A DNA stretch of 64,000 nucleotides from Chrysomallon squamiferum (GCA_012295275.1 CM022669.1:1240001-1304000), one strand, 5' to 3'. Shown: positions 1 to 16,380, counted from the first letter of the stretch. Numbers and translations are program-made. Notes: generated from the sequence alone by a model not told the origin.

Positions 1-780
1 AAAAACAAATTATAATAATAACAACAATAATAACATTAACAACAGGAGAAACCACACAAAGTCTACAATAACAGCTATTTCGGCTTCATTATCATCACTT
101 TTATTACCTCATCCTTTTCCTACAGTTCTTTCTTTCATTCTTCCTTCCTTTCTGTGAAGATGTTTCTTACGCAAACTGCGTTCATTCATTAACCTTGACT
201 AATATCGCACAAAAAACACATCATGCACACAACTTCTTGTTTCTTTTCTTGACAGTTTTCACATGGAGTTTTTTGAAAACTCTGTAACTGTCTATCAAAC
301 TGTTTACTTTCTTCCACTCCCCGAGTGCCTAATTAAGCCACATTTACGACAAGGTTGTCAGAAAAGTCCCTTTCTGTTTCTATTGAAGAATGCTCCAACG
401 TTTTTGTTAAATAAATACATTTTTTTCTTCGGAGCAGCTAACGTGAAGACACTACAACTGAAATATGATGTAAATTATTCAATTGCAGTTTCCTGTTGCT
501 TTAAATGCAATTACTGTTGTACTTTATCATGAATTTTGATTAAAATTGTTTTCGTGTGAGTTAGTGTTGTATGATATCAATGTTTTGTCGGGGTGGTGGT
601 ACTTGTGATATACAGTGGTAGTAAAGGCTCTTAGATGGTGACGTCACTAGTATATTTCGGCTGTTTCCGCAACTCATGTTTCATGTATAACAGAAGAGTT
701 TTATTTCAGAAAGAAGAAATAGAAAAACTAAAATAACAAAATAATAAAAAAATTAAAAGAAATAAAGAAAAATGAGAGCA

Positions 781-814
<34 letters not shown>

Positions 815-2434
815 GTAATAATACTAGTAACTGTTATTGATCTTTTTGTTTGTGTTGTTCTTACAGTTTGCCTTCTTAATGCTTTGTGTCTTCTTTCGTT
901 TAATACTTTAAGTTGAATTCCTAAAAAATCATATCTACATTCTTTTTATTTTTCTTTTCTCCATGTTTTCATGATTGTTACTTTCAGATTATTTAAAGTG
1001 CACAATTAATTTGTAACGAAGCAATACATGATGATCAACAATAATCATTATTAACTAAGTATTCGTATATAACTGAGTGAATTTATTAAGTATTTTAAAC
1101 TGAATTTTGTCTTTGTTGTGTTAATTTATTACCGGGTGAATGGGCAAATTGTCTTAGCAGAAATAAAACAGAAAGATACAAATGTGACTGAGAATCAAAG
1201 ATTGACATAATACAGATATAAGGTGACAGAGAGAGAGATGATAAGTGAGTATAAACAAATGTCAAATTAACGTAACATGAAATGAAAAAAAAAATGTTAA
1301 GTGATAGAAAGAAAACGTGATAAACAGTGTATACAACGACATCAGGACTGGCGTTATCAACAGTAATAATAACAACAAATTATAGCAATGGTGATGATGT
1401 TGTCGTTGTTGCTGGTGATGTTGAAATAACAGACACGGTGATAGATAAAGGAAAGAAATGACATATTTAATAGAAAGACGTCACAGACAAAAAGGTGGAA
1501 CGCTGCACAGAGATAAGAAAACTGGATCACAAATTGACGTAAACCAGACAGAATGGTTGACAGACATTCTGCAGACAGACAGACGTATCGACTTTAAATT
1601 TTTCAAAATGGCCTTATTTCTTCAAAGAAGTTCGCTACTTAAAACAGACATCAAGTTGAGGAGGAAAATGCGACTCGTAATCCAATAATTTGAGAGAAAT
1701 AATTCGAGAACACGGCTCATCAATTATAACAATTCGGTTTGCTTGTCTGTACTGAAGGCCTGTTTCTCAAGTCCTGTCAGTCACACGCTTAATATAAAGC
1801 TTTACAAAATATACACCGCAATAAAAGTTATGCATGAAGAGTATGTCATTTGCATTCTCAATGTCATTGCCTAGGAATAATTTGTGACTAGCATTCTCAT
1901 CAATTATTTGTTATCTGAAAGAAAAACTTTCTGTTTTAATTTAGATGTGACGTAAATGGAAATAGAACTTTAAGAAAGGGGAAAAAAAATAAAAAAGTAA
2001 AAAAAATAAAATAAAATAAAATAAAATAAAACAAAAAAATAAAACAAGAAAAGAAGAGATAAAAAATAGATTTTCTACGACAAAGTTAAGCAACTATTTG
2101 AGATACGTTTCAGAATATTTCACATACTTACTGCTTGAGAAAAGTTAATAAAAATCAGTGTTTTGTATAAAAACACTGCTCGTTTAATCTGTTATTCTGA
2201 TTTACAACAGTTAATCACATTTAATTTAGTAATACATATACCTTTTAACACTACTAAGAAAACGACCACAGTATTGTATTCAGTTATTAATGCCATTCAT
2301 TCTCTTTCTGCCTTTTTGTCTTTATCTCTGTGTTTCTCTCTCTCTTTCTCCAATTTTCTCCTATTTATTTAATTATTAACGTTAAATTTTATTAGTTATA
2401 TTTTTTTTATTGTTGTTGTTATTATTATTATTAC

Positions 2435-2473
<39 letters not shown>

Positions 2474-3052
2474 TATTATTTAAAAAAAAAAAAAAAAGAA
2501 TGAAATTTTATTTTTCCATTCTTTATTTATTTATCTTCTTACGTGTATTTGTATTGAGTGATCAAGTTATGACTGTCAGACTACAAACTCGCTGATGAAA
2601 ACAGGCTCTTACACGTTGAATTTCAGTCAGTGCAGAACGTGAAAACCTAATTTAATGAATTATCGTCCACATTTTGTTACGTACAGCGAGAGAAAGAAAG
2701 AAAATCTGGCTATTTCTCTCTGTTACCATCTCCATTCCCTGTAATTGTTTTAAGTACTCAAATCAATCTGTATAACTCGAGACCAAATGAAACGTATTTC
2801 CAAGAAAAAAAAAATAAGAAAAAAAAATCTTAGAAGGTCTCATCCTACACTTTAGAAATCTGAGCAAATGTGTGTTGTGAGTATTATTTGTTTTTTATGT
2901 GTGTCTGATGAAAAGACTTTGTCACAACAAAAGAAAATCGGTTTAACAAAAAAATATTGCGATGGCCGTCTCAGAGAGTAGCAGTCGAAACGACGGTTAT
3001 TATAGCTGCAGAAATCAATAGAGCCCGCGGCGTTATCGAAATTAAAACACGC

Positions 3053-3625
3053 TTAGTTAAATAACAGTCTGTCTGTATGATCAGTTAAATAACAAATATC
3101 TGTGTATGATCAGTTAAATAACAAGTATCTGTGTATGATCAGTTAAATAACAAACCTCTCTGTATGATAATTTAAACAACAAATCTCTCTGCATAATTAG
3201 TTAAATAACAAATGTGTCTGCATAATCAGTTAAATAACAAACCTGTCTGTATGATCAGTTAAATAACAAATTTGTCTGTATGGTCATTTAAATAACAGAT
3301 ATATCTGCATGATCAGTTAAGTAATAAATAAGTCTGTATGATTAGTTAAATAATAAATATGTCTGTATGATCAGTTAAATAAATGTGTTTGTATGATCAT
3401 TTAAATAACAAATATATCTGTATTATCAGTTAAATAATAAATATGTCTGTATGATCAATTAAATAATAAATATGTCTGTATGATCAGTTAAATAAATGTG
3501 TCTGTATGGTCATTTAAATAACAAATATATCTGTATTATCAGTTAAATAACAAATATATCTGTATTATCAGTTAAATAATAAATATGTCTGTATGATCAG
3601 TTAAATAACAAATCTTTGTATGATC
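3053..3625. repeat. 29-bp minisatellite (TCAGTTAAATAACAAATATCTGTGTATGA), ~20 copies
   Basis: Unit recurs at 3081, 3110 and onward, degenerating towards 3800. Confidence 0.9.
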
Positions 3626-3957
3626 TGTGTTAAATTTAAAATATAACTGCATGATCAGAGGTAACAAACGTACTAATCAGTTAGATTTAAATAACATATT
3701 AGGCTGTATGGTCACTTAGAGTAAAATATTAATAGCTGGTATCATATAGAGCAAAATATTTATAGCTGATAACAGTCAGTTAAATATTGATAGTTGGTAT
3801 CACTTGGAGTTAAATATTGTATCACTTTCTGAGCCACTGGGAATATAAATTATATTGATCCATTCTGATACATTCTCAGTAACGCATTTAATATCTTTCC
3901 GTCTAAATATTGTGCAAAATACAGTATTAATGTTTTATTAATTTACAAACATGTTAA

Positions 3958-4016
<59 letters not shown>

Positions 4017-5476
4017 GGATGATGATGATGATGATGATGATAATAATAATAATACATTATTTTTAATGTTTATATTCAAATATTTCTTGTCTAATTCATT
4101 TTAAATTATTTTTATAAAACAAAATTAGATGAAGTGATAATGTAATATTCCGTCAATTGATATACTTTGGGAATCACGAACGAAACTAAACTCCCAGTAC
4201 AATTTCATTTGTATTTCACAATGTAGAAGTTTTTTTTAAATGATTCCACTGAAAATATTTTGATACGTTTGTGTCTTACTATTTGGGAAACTAATTTTAT
4301 AGAATAAAAGGTTGCAATTCTATCTCTGCAACAACAACAACAACTATTACTAGAATAACAATGACAAGTACTGTAACATGAGCAGGGATAAAAATGATAA
4401 ATACATGCATGACGGTGTTGCTGAAAGAACTTAACTAATGTTAATAATAAAACACAAACTGCTGAAAGAAATGTGAATATTACAGATTAACATGCTATGA
4501 CATTAATTTATAAAATCAAAACCCGTGAGAAAAGAATGACGTCATCACATTGTCTACAACCGTGTATTTATGTATCCAAGCATCAATCATATTAAGACAT
4601 AACCGCCTATAATGTCGAATTTGGTTCTGCTTTAGAAAAATAAAAACGTATTAATTAAAATTCGAGCTAGCTGTTATCTCCAGGTTTTGATATTTTTCAA
4701 ATGGACGTCTTTGTTTGACGTTCCACGCCGTGATCTGTGTCGCCATGACTGAACAATCCTCTCAGTGACGACAAAACGTCAACTGTGATCGTTCACACGT
4801 GTTAGTTTCGTAAGAACAGCCGTAGACTGGTTTATGTACGTTGTTTAGGAGTGAAAGTTTTAGTAAACTGACAAAAGTTAATCACATTTTCTCGTTATAT
4901 TTAGAACAACACTGATAATAAATTTTAGTTATTTATTATCGTTTATAAATTAATTTTAAAAAAATTGAAATTAAACGTTATACAGTCGTACGTTTATTTA
5001 TCACCGATCTGATGTTTGTCACCACCACCAAATCAGTTCTGCCTGTTCATTTTTTTTTGCTACGCCTTTGAAAATAGTTCGATATCTTGAAACATTTTAG
5101 TCAAGGCAGAATAGAGATAAACCTGCTCTGATTTCCTTTTTGAGTTAGTTATTGAGTCCACTTACGTCAGTAATCAAATCAGATGATGTTCATCTACTAA
5201 AATCCAAACGAGATCGATCTGGCGACTTGTAACCTATACACATGACAAGCTGGTTGAATATAGCGAATTCAAGGTGCTGTCATACTTTATTTAATACAAT
5301 TAATCTTTAGCAAAATCTCAGCATTATTTTTGTTTTTAAACCCATTCTAGTTAAACCTTTAGTGGTAACACACGAAATACACGCACGTCTTGTTGTTTTT
5401 AAGCAGCAGTTATAATTTGTTTTAAACTGGCAGGTACTCAAACACTGGCTGCAAATGATAAATAACGCGTACCGCG

Positions 5477-5587
5477 TCTTAAAATCTGTACTGGATGACG
5501 TCATAACATGCCACATCTTAGAATCTGTACTGGATGACGTCATAACATGCCACATCTTAAAATCTGTACTGGATGACGTCATAACAT
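5477..5587. repeat. 39-bp tandem triplication, each copy carrying a CRE palindrome TGACGTCA
   Basis: TGACGTCA at 5496, 5535 and 5574 within near-identical units. Confidence 0.9.
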
Positions 5588-6001
5588 TGTCATTAATACC
5601 TTATAATCCTGTAGAATTATGAATAACTGGAACAAATTGCAGTATTATTTTTTATGATTGTTTCTTGTTGATGGTGGGGGGAATAATCAGAATATCCATC
5701 CCATGTTCGGACAATATTTTGGCCCTAGAAGTGTCCCAGTTTGCATAAATTCAAAATGGCCACCAGCTGGCCGTCTGAGGACGATTATCTCCTGAATGGT
5801 CCCTGTACACATGATTAATGTTTTAGTGACACACAGAAAATTGAAAAATAAGGAACCAAAATATTGCAATTTGTTCCAGGTTGAGTCATTTTTTTTTTTT
5901 TTTTTTTTTTTTTTTGTATATTTCTACTCCACTACTGATTGGCAATTGTCGTAACAGCGTGTTAAACTTTACCTGTACTGCGTTTATAATGATGATGACG
6001 T

Positions 6002-6053
6002 TAATAATAATAACAACAATAACAATAATAATAACAATAATAATAATAATAAC

Positions 6054-6102
<49 letters not shown>

Positions 6103-6108
6103 TTAATA

Positions 6109-6148
<40 letters not shown>
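6002..6148. repeat. (AAT)n/(ATT)n head-to-head microsatellite
   Basis: An AAT run switches to its reverse complement ATT near 6101-6110. Confidence 0.9.
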
Positions 6149-6149
<1 letters not shown>

Positions 6150-6782
6150 AAAATAATATAAAGTAATGATGAAGTATTTATTTACAATCATTTTCTTCTT
6201 CGTGTTTTTAACACGTGTTGAATTTAGATTTAATGAAAACTGGATCAGATGTACTTTAATTGCTACAATATTATATATATATATTCATGTAAGTTGTTAT
6301 TTTGTTAACATATTTGTACATTCTTTTCATCAATCTCTTCCTTCTTTACTTCTTAATAATGTTAAAATTTATTATTTTTTCTATACGCATCAAATAACGT
6401 CACTTATTTGATTCTGTCATATCTGTTTGGCGATATTTAGTCATAAAATAAAAATTGAGTTAGAACTGTCAACTCGTTTTGACTGAGTGATATCCAATTT
6501 GCTTTCTGTCAGTCTGTTTTTGTATTATGAACAATGAACGCGATACGAGGCTGTGAAAAATGAGTTTACATTCACATTATTCCTTGTAATAGGCTGCCTT
6601 GTACTAAATCATTTCCCGTCAGTGGCGATGTTAATGTCTTAATGTCTACTCGGTATTTGTCACACTACGGAATTTAGGCTAGGTCAGTGAGTATCTGTGA
6701 GCGACTAGTAAAAATGATTATTTTGAGAATATTTACATTACTTCACTTCTCAAACACGTCTGTACTTCCAGATGAACAGCTT

Positions 6783-6826
<44 letters not shown>

Positions 6827-7126
6827 GTGTGTGTGTGTACATAAATATATACATACATACATACACACATACACACATTTTCTTCACGGGGTATGATCTT
6901 CACGCATATTTATACTCAGATTTCTTCAAAAATAACAATTCATTTTACTGTGTTTCTCATTCAGTAACTTTTTTCTATATCTAGCACATACCCACTCACA
7001 ATTAAATTCTGTACTTTCCCACTCACCGTTATATTTTGTACGTAGCTATAATGTAACAACAAACATCAGATCTATCGACGTAAAAGCCTTCAACCCCACC
7101 CTTGCACATGGACACGAATACATACA

Positions 7127-8215
7127 TATACATAGTCTGAATACAAATGTACATAGTCTGAATACACATGTACATAGTCTGAATACAGATATACATAGTC
7201 TGAATACACCTGTACATAGACTGAATACACATGTACATAGTCTGAATACAGATGTACATAGTCTGAATACAGATATACATAGTCTGAATACACATGTACA
7301 TAGTCTGAATACAGATGTACATAGTCTGAATACAGATATACATGGTCTGAATACAGATATACATAGTCTGAATACAGATGTACATAGTCTGAATACACAT
7401 GTACACAGTCTGAATACACATGTACATAGTCTGAATACAGATGTACATAGTCTAAATACACATGTACACAGTCTGAATACACATGTACATAGTCTGAATA
7501 CAGATGTACATAGTCTGAATACACATGTACACAGTCTGAATACACATGTACATAGTCTGAATACAGATGTACATAGTCTGAATACACATGTACACAGTCT
7601 GAATACAGATGTACATAGTCTGAATACAGATGTACATAGTCTGAATACAGATGTACATAGTCTGAATACAGATATACATAGTCTGAATACAGATGTACAG
7701 TCTCAGTAGACATATACATAGTCTGAGTAGACATGTACATAGTCTGAATGCACATGTACATAGTCTGAGTAGACATATACATAGTCTGAGTAGACATGTA
7801 CATAGTCTGAACACAGATGTTCATAGTCTGAATACACATGTACATAGTCTGAGTAGACATGTACATAGTCTGAATACAGATGTACATAGTCTGAATAGAC
7901 ATACATAGTCTGAATACACATGTACATAGTCTGAATACAGATGTACGTAGTCTGAGTAGACATGTACATAGTCTGAATACACATGTACATAGTCTGAATA
8001 CAGATGTACATAGTCTGAGTAGACATGTACATAGTCTGAATACACATGTACATAGTCTGAGTAGACATGTACACAGTCTGAATACACATGTACATAGTCT
8101 GAATACAGATGTACATAGTCTGAATACAGATGTACATAGTCTGAATACACATGTACATAGTCTGAGTAGACATGTACATAGTCTGAATACAGATGTACAT
8201 AGTCTGAATACACAT
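7127..8215. repeat. 21-bp minisatellite (GTACATAGTCTGAATACA[C/G]AT), ~50 copies
   Basis: Direct reading; the 7-aa periodic ORFs (CIQTMYI) come from it. Confidence 0.95.
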
Positions 8216-8292
8216 GGAATAATGTTTTTATTTACATATCTACACTCACATACACAGACTCTGGACACTAAGATTTTGTTTTTATATTTCAG

Positions 8293-8337
8293 GACCGCCA
8301 GGTGTAAAAGGTGCAAAAGGTGACAGAGGAGAAACAG
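8293..8337 (+). CDS. Collagen-like gene, first visible exon (45 nt): GPPGVKGAKGDRGET; gene 5'-partial
   Basis: tttcAG acceptor, G|GTAAGT donor, 5 Gly-X-Y triplets, phase 1-1. Confidence 0.88.
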
Positions 8338-9435
8338 GTAAGTTGTTTTATTTAATTGAATTGATGTGTGTTTTAGTAACAGTAGTCATTGTTGTAGTAG
8401 TATAGTAGTAGTAGTAGTAGTAGTAGTAGTACTAGTAATGATGATGATTATTTTTATTGTTATTATTATTAGTGTTGTTGTTATTGTTGTTGCAATTGTT
8501 ATTGTTATTATTATTAATATTACTATTTGATTAAAATTTAGTTAATCAGTGAGAATTAATTATGACTTGTATAGCAGACCTAGGTTTCTTATTCACTCAT
8601 GCATTTTAATTTAGAACAAACTGGTGAGAAAGTAAATTAAAGAAAAAGTCGGCTACTTTTACAGTTTAGAAGCAATATAGCTTTTGAATAGAAAACGAAT
8701 GAATGAATGAATGAATTCTCACCTTCTAGATATCTATACTAGAATAACGATAAACAGGATAAATATTCTGTCCTAGTTAGCAACATATTGTTTAAGTCAT
8801 GACGATTTCGGCTGTTTTCGTGAGTTACGCTTGTTCCCGCATATTTCCTTAATGCTTTGATTAGTAGTAACTACATAGTTGACTTTGTCACGCACTTTGT
8901 GTTTACCAGAGTCTGCTGTCGTATCTTCATTTTTATAAACGTTAATTAAGTGTGTGTTTGTGTGTATGTAGCTGTGTGTATATGAGTTGTGTCTGTGTGT
9001 AGGCGGGTTGTGTTTGTGTGTTTGTATAGTGAACACACAGAGAAGATACATATAATTATACATGCACACTAAGAGAGTAAAACAGCGAGGGATATAATGC
9101 CGGTGACTTCAGTCAATATAATCTGACGTAATAAATTTTAACAAACATAAAAAAGAAAGCGAGTATTGAATTCAGTTCTTGAAATCAAATGTGAAAGGAT
9201 TTTATTATAGCTTTAAAAGCTCTGTTTCAAAATATAGATTGCTGGTATATTAAAGTGCAGAACAATTTCGTTTCGCATTAAGAGCAACTCGAGCTACCTA
9301 ATATTAGATAGATTATTCTGAAGATGACAAAAAATAGCTGAAATACTGACACACCTGACTTTTTCTATTTTAATTTGTTCATGTATTCTGTAAATTCATT
9401 TTTAAAACATATTCTGTGAATTTGTTTTGTATTAA

Positions 9436-9471
<36 letters not shown>

Positions 9472-9686
9472 TTATGTGTATTCATTTTCTAAATATTTTC
9501 ATTCAATTAATTTTTTTTTATATAACTTTCGAATTAAATTATTTGAGACATGTAAGATAAGACTTTGGTTTCGAGTGTTGATTTCTAGGTTTTTAACTTG
9601 GTACTCAGTGATTTGAACATTTACGCTTATTCCAAACTTAAATCATATAAACTAATTCAGCTGTCTATTGTCTATTTTTTCATCAA

Positions 9687-9720
<34 letters not shown>

Positions 9721-9724
9721 CATC

Positions 9725-9804
<80 letters not shown>

Positions 9805-9827
9805 ATATCTCTCTCTCTCTCTCTCTA

Positions 9828-9911
<84 letters not shown>

Positions 9912-11489
9912 CTCTCTCTGTGTATTTATTTCTGTCTGACTTCTCTGTCTCTTTGAAATAATTTTATCGGGCATATTATTCCTACAACCACATTGGTCTT
10001 GTTACATATCGATTTTATAAGCCGCGTTTAAAGGACTAAAATAAATAATATACCACACACACACAGACACACACACGTCCACACATGAATACACACACTA
10101 AGAAATGTACTTTTTTTTCAACTATATTTTTCATGAATAGAAATTTATTTATGTTAAATACTTACCAATAAAAAAAATAAAAAAACCCAAAACCAAAGAA
10201 AAACTATTCACTGTGAATAGAGGTTGAAGTTCTTTAACTGATCTAATTTTTTTGTACTAATTTATTTTTGATTTCGCTCATCTCTTCTCCGTCTTATTTA
10301 TTCCTCTTTTGTACTTTTACTTTTTTTTAATTTTAAAATTTTGTTTCACATATTTTACTAAATTTTTATGTTTAGTTTTTGTTTCGAAGGCGTTTTTTCC
10401 CGTTTTTTTTTTTTTTTTTTTTTAATTTGCTGTGATATTTGGCGTGTGTTTTTAATTTCACAGGGTGACACAAACCAGCTCTCTGAGATCACATAGTAAA
10501 TAGTCACATAACAGTTCGTTACAAACAGTCCTCACAGTATACTCACCTTAAACCAGATTCATTACAATCGGTAAAGTCGCGAGTCACGCGATTTTCAGTT
10601 ACATGTAATTTACAATTCTGTCATACTCAAACTGTGAGTCACGTTTAGAATGATCAACAGAATGAAACAAAACGTGTGTTTAATAATCTGTCACATCACT
10701 TATTAAAAGCTGTCTGTCGATTCTAACTGTCGCGAAATGCATTGGAAACAGTATGTGTTGTCTGGATACCGCCACTTTTATTCAAGCCGTGTCACACTGG
10801 GCAATTTGACTAACCCAACTGTTGTATGTGCTGAAATACAGACAGTGTGAGAAACGTGCGGAGTTTAACTTACAGTGTTTCTCTTCTTCACTTTTATTTA
10901 TTGCATCACTTCGCGACATACTTGGTTGGCAACAGTTTGTTATGACGTCATACATACACTTTCAATCATTAAATTCTGATAGAGAAAATGGTGTCGTGTG
11001 AAGGCGTCTTAACGACTAGATCGTAAATTAAAGGAACTGCTGGTGAGTTTTTTGTTGTGTGACGGAATCTCACTTGTCAGGGGATAAGACAACAATTGAT
11101 TGCGTTGATAACAGTAGATCTCTCCACTGGTTAGCGAGCTGATTTCATTTTGTTTTAGATTTACAATCTCGTTAATTATCGGCTTCCACTTGTCAGGAAC
11201 GTGTGTTCTGTATCACTCTATTTCAGTCTGAGAGTCTCACAGAACTCGGATCAACTCTTCTAATGGGAAGATTTTGTATCATTTATTTACTTTTGATTTT
11301 CCCTTAGTTTCTTCCTCACCATTTTAGATTATTATTATCTATATTTTCTAATAGTTTCTTCCTCACCATTTTAGCTTATTATTATTTATATTTTCTCATA
11401 TTTATTTTTATTATATATCTGCTTTTCTATTTAAATACTTTTTCCAGAAAAACAGAGAGTAAAGAAAATGAGATAGTTAGAATGCATTT

Positions 11490-11575
<86 letters not shown>

Positions 11576-12232
11576 CATTTATCGTGTGTTATAAGTGCTG
11601 TGACTTCCTGACACGAATCTAAACTGAAGTTTCCTCACTTTCAGTTAACACTTTGTTATTTCACTGATCTCAACGATTAATTGTCAGATAAATAACTGAA
11701 ATGACTTTGTTTTCCTGCAATAACATTTTTACTCGACTCCAGATTATTATCACTACAGGGGCCTTAGACAATCACTTCTTTCATACAGAAGTAAGTGATT
11801 TATATTGTTTTGCTAGAATTAAATTGTTAAAAAATTGTCTAATCCATTTTAATGGTTTAAGCACTAATCTTACTAATTTTACAGATTAAGTTATTTGTAG
11901 CTGTTTTTATTTGGAAACGAGGCGATACTGAAACACTCATACATCAAGTCGACATTCGCATGAAACAATCAATAAATTTCTTAATTTCTTGCGCGGTTTC
12001 TTTTACAGCAAGCTTTGTCAGCGTATTTATTTATTTTATTTTTGCCATTTAATTTTTTTCTCCTCTTTTATCTGTTTCCTTTATTTAGAGAGATTGTTAT
12101 TATTATTATATTATTATTATTGTTACTGTTATTATTATTATTATTTTTATATTATTATTATATTATTATTATTGTTGTTATTATTATTATTATTATTATT
12201 ATTGTTACTGTTATTATTATTATTATTTTTAT

Positions 12233-12264
<32 letters not shown>

Positions 12265-12667
12265 TTCATTCTTGTCTTTAAGTAAAAAATAACTAAAATG
12301 AAATATTACATAATTATGGAAGATTTTGTCTATCCATTCGTACAAACGTGTGTATATGTATATCTGTCTGTTTATCTGTCTTTCTGTATAGTTCTTTATG
12401 TTTGAATGCATTAATCTATGTATCTGTCTATGTATGTGTATACATACATCTGACATCAGTATAGAATAATGTAACTATTCAACGTGTGTTGTGTATCTGT
12501 GTATGTTTGTATGTTTGTATGTGTGCATGTATGTATGTGTGTGTTTATGTATGTAGTATGTATGTACGTATGTATGTATGTATGTGGGTGTCAGTGTGTG
12601 TATAAATATATATATATCTATATATATATATAGATATATATAAATAGATAGATAGATAGATAGAGAG

Positions 12668-12738
<71 letters not shown>

Positions 12739-13869
12739 GACAGAGATATTATATGGAAGCGCAAAATATATAATGTAATGATATACATATCCACCATTAA
12801 GGAAAAAAATATAAAATAAAAGAAGAAGAAAAAAGAAAGACAGACACATTCTCAATAAAAATAACAGAATAGAAACAGAGATTCAAAAATCAACACATTA
12901 TGTTACTCATTTGCTGTATCAAATAACACGTCTACGTATTCAGCTTCGTGTTTTCAGTTTTAATTTGTATATTTTTTTTTAATCTGAACAGCTAATTAGT
13001 TTCTGTACACAACGAAAATGTCTGATCGATCATTTTATTGAAATGAATACAACTTTAGGAAATTACAAATTATCAAATTCTGAATGTCACAGACTGGGAA
13101 ATGTCCTGGGACTTGAGAGAGATTTGAACAATCAAACGTATTAAATTTATATTTCATCCTAACAGTTAAATCAAATACACAATGATGAATTTCTCTTTTA
13201 CTCGTAAAGAAATTGTTTAAAAATACATTTAAATTATGAAACAAAGGAAAGAGATCTTTTCTGTAGACTTTGTAAAACGTGTTTAGTGAATTGTTCTTCT
13301 CTTTACAGTATTTTTAGTACAACTGTTGTTTAATCACTCTGTCACTCCGTTATATTTCGTATTTGTCATTCTTCTCGTCTTCTTCTTTTCTCTTTCTCTC
13401 TGTTTCTCTATATCTCTCTTTTCTCTTTCTCTCTGTGTATGTTCGTGTTTTGTGTCCGAAGATCTATAAGTAATCTAACCTAAAAAAGAAAGAAAAAACA
13501 GAAGAAGAGAAAAAAAAAAGGAAAGCAAAGGAGATATTAAGCATCAGACAGAATCATATTTCAGTGATTTGAGTTATTAAAGTGAAACGTCTACAAAGTG
13601 ATTACGTTACACATTCAGATGGAAATATATGATGAGATACACGCCAACGTTGACGGTGTTATGTGGCAGATACTTGAAAAACGTCGTTGTAATCAATTTG
13701 CGAAAACTTACGGCACAAGAACACCTGTGTCTAACTCTAACTCGACAAATTGGTCTCTCCTCTCCTCGCGGGTCTGTCAGAGTTCATTCCACACGTACAT
13801 CTGTCCTCTCCGTCACTGACTCACTCAATCACTGCTCACATCTTTATTAAATGACGTCTTGTCAGAAAG

Positions 13870-14130
<261 letters not shown>

Positions 14131-15228
14131 AATAGAGACAAATAGATAAAAAATTGTCCACAGACATATACAAATACACACACATATTCTTACTTAGATA
14201 TAGGTATATACATACGTACATGTATACATACATATATATATATATATATATAGTCATACATACGCGTGTACGAAGAATATAATTGTATGTAAATCGTTTA
14301 CAGTATTAAATTTTGTGTAAATTAGAGTTTACTTTATGTTAAACTAGAATAGACAGACGTGTCAAACCCACGCACAGTTGCGGTGTTAATATTTGTTTAG
14401 TAGGTGAGGTAAATTATAAATATCATTAAATCACATGTTAGTAATCAAGAGGCAGCACGGAAACAAAGTGAAACAAACACTGACAAGTCTGTTGTCTGCC
14501 GGCATCGATAGTAGAAGCCATTTTCAGCAGCAACAGCAGAATTCAGATTTGTAACATCAGACCGTTCTGTAGGGATATCCGTCATCATCATTATCATCAC
14601 TTCTTAAAATTTAATATGCTATCAATTTTTATTTATTTATATACTAATTTTTATTATGGATTTTTGTTTTAATTTTGTTATTTGTTATTTTTTTTTTAAA
14701 TGTTCTTTCTTGCGTGTTTATTTATTTTATTTATTAAATTAAATTAAATTAAATTAAATCTATATATTTTCGGCAAATGACCCCGCATACTGCATGGCGA
14801 AGGTCAGAGGTTAGGGATGTAACTTTTTTCAAGGTGTATATGACATCACGGTGTTTGAATAATAAACATGAGACCACAGTTCTGATTTACCTAGAGAACA
14901 GCTGACAGCTGTCACAACGTCTCACGTTAACACGTTGCGACGTTAATCACATCACTGCACCGCTCTAAACCCGCCAGGACAACATGACGTCATCACGTTC
15001 AGTTTTTCTAATTCCCTCTACTAATGTTGTATGCAAATAGCAAACTCCTGATTTTTTTCTCATTTTTTTATTTAATTTCCTTTTTTCATTCGCTTTGTTT
15101 TTATTCCATTTTTCTTTTCCTTGCCTTTACTTCGAATTTTATATTCGTTTTCTTTTTTATATGCTTATTTTTAAACAGCACTGGTTTTTTTTTTTTGTCG
15201 TTTTCTTTAAATTGCAGTTGTTATTGTT

Positions 15229-15261
<33 letters not shown>

Positions 15262-16248
15262 ATTGCTGTGGATGTTTTTATTAATAGTAATAGTATGTGC
15301 TAATGCAAACAGAATGAGACAGATACAGAAGAAAATGATTAAAAAAAAAAAAAAAAAAAATCAGTGGGGAAGAATAAAAATAAAAATAAATCGCACAATT
15401 TATGTTCATTGTTTTTCTGGAGAAGAAAAGCCCACGATGGTCATTTCAAAGTAACAAGTTTAAAAAATAATAAAAGCGCGGTGTATCGAATTTCTCCATC
15501 TACTTAGAAAATCAAACTTGAGTCGTTCTTTGCCACTACACTGACAAATTCCATAAAACAGAGTCACGTGACCGCGAACCATTGATTCGAACAAGACGCG
15601 AGCGATTAAGTCGTAACCGCGACATACTCGCTTTCAGGAAACCAGCAACAATTGCTCGAGAAGCGTTAGAAAAGACATAAAGGTCGAAATTAACGTATTT
15701 CAAATACCTGAACCGCTGTAAAAAGAGCCTTTCTGTACGGCCATTACATTAGGAAGTGGTGTCTATAGTTGCAGGCTATCTCGGTTTCATGCTAGGTTTC
15801 GTCTCTTATTGACTATAAATATAGGAAATGACGTTTAATTGACAGATGGATGACTGCGAGGACGCGAGACACGGCTTCAACACGCTGTCGTCGTTGTAGA
15901 CTCAAACAAACGTTTATGAGATAAACCTCAACACAATTTTTGTTTTTATTTCTTTCTTTTTAAATTCACTCTTCAAAAAAAAAAAAAAAAAAAAAAAAAT
16001 TGTTATTCTTTCTGAGACGAGTTCCAGATTCAAGTAACATGATTGCAGAGATGTTGTGAGAATTCCAAGACAAACTAATTCAATTGCTAAAAGTTTTGTT
16101 TAATATAGACTTTTCTCAATCTGACCCACTATGAAATTACACAATTAGATTATATTATCATGTTGTTGTTGTTGTTGTTGTTGTTCAACGTGGGAAAAAC
16201 AGGAATGTTGTTGTTTCCGACTCATTACTGTCATCGTCTTTTACTCTC

Positions 16249-16281
<33 letters not shown>

Positions 16282-16345
16282 TCGATACGTTTATTTTTTT
16301 TTTTTTTTTTACTGACTTATTTATTTGTTTTTGTTCTATTTGTAT

Positions 16346-16380
<35 letters not shown>

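Noticed and set aside
5690-5880. AAAATGGCCACCAGCTGGCCG segment, MITE-like or CTCF-like
   Set aside because: No termini or second copy visible, and the motif has a core mismatch.
1-7000. Search for upstream collagen exons or a start codon
   Set aside because: No Gly-X-Y exon or convincing signal/TM exon seen; the 5' end probably lies outside the window.
7029-8316. ORFs up to 408 aa (SDYVHLY repeats)
   Set aside because: They are products of the 21-bp array on the stop-free strand.
11304-11399. ~48-bp direct duplication
   Set aside because: Ordinary local intronic duplication with no further signal.
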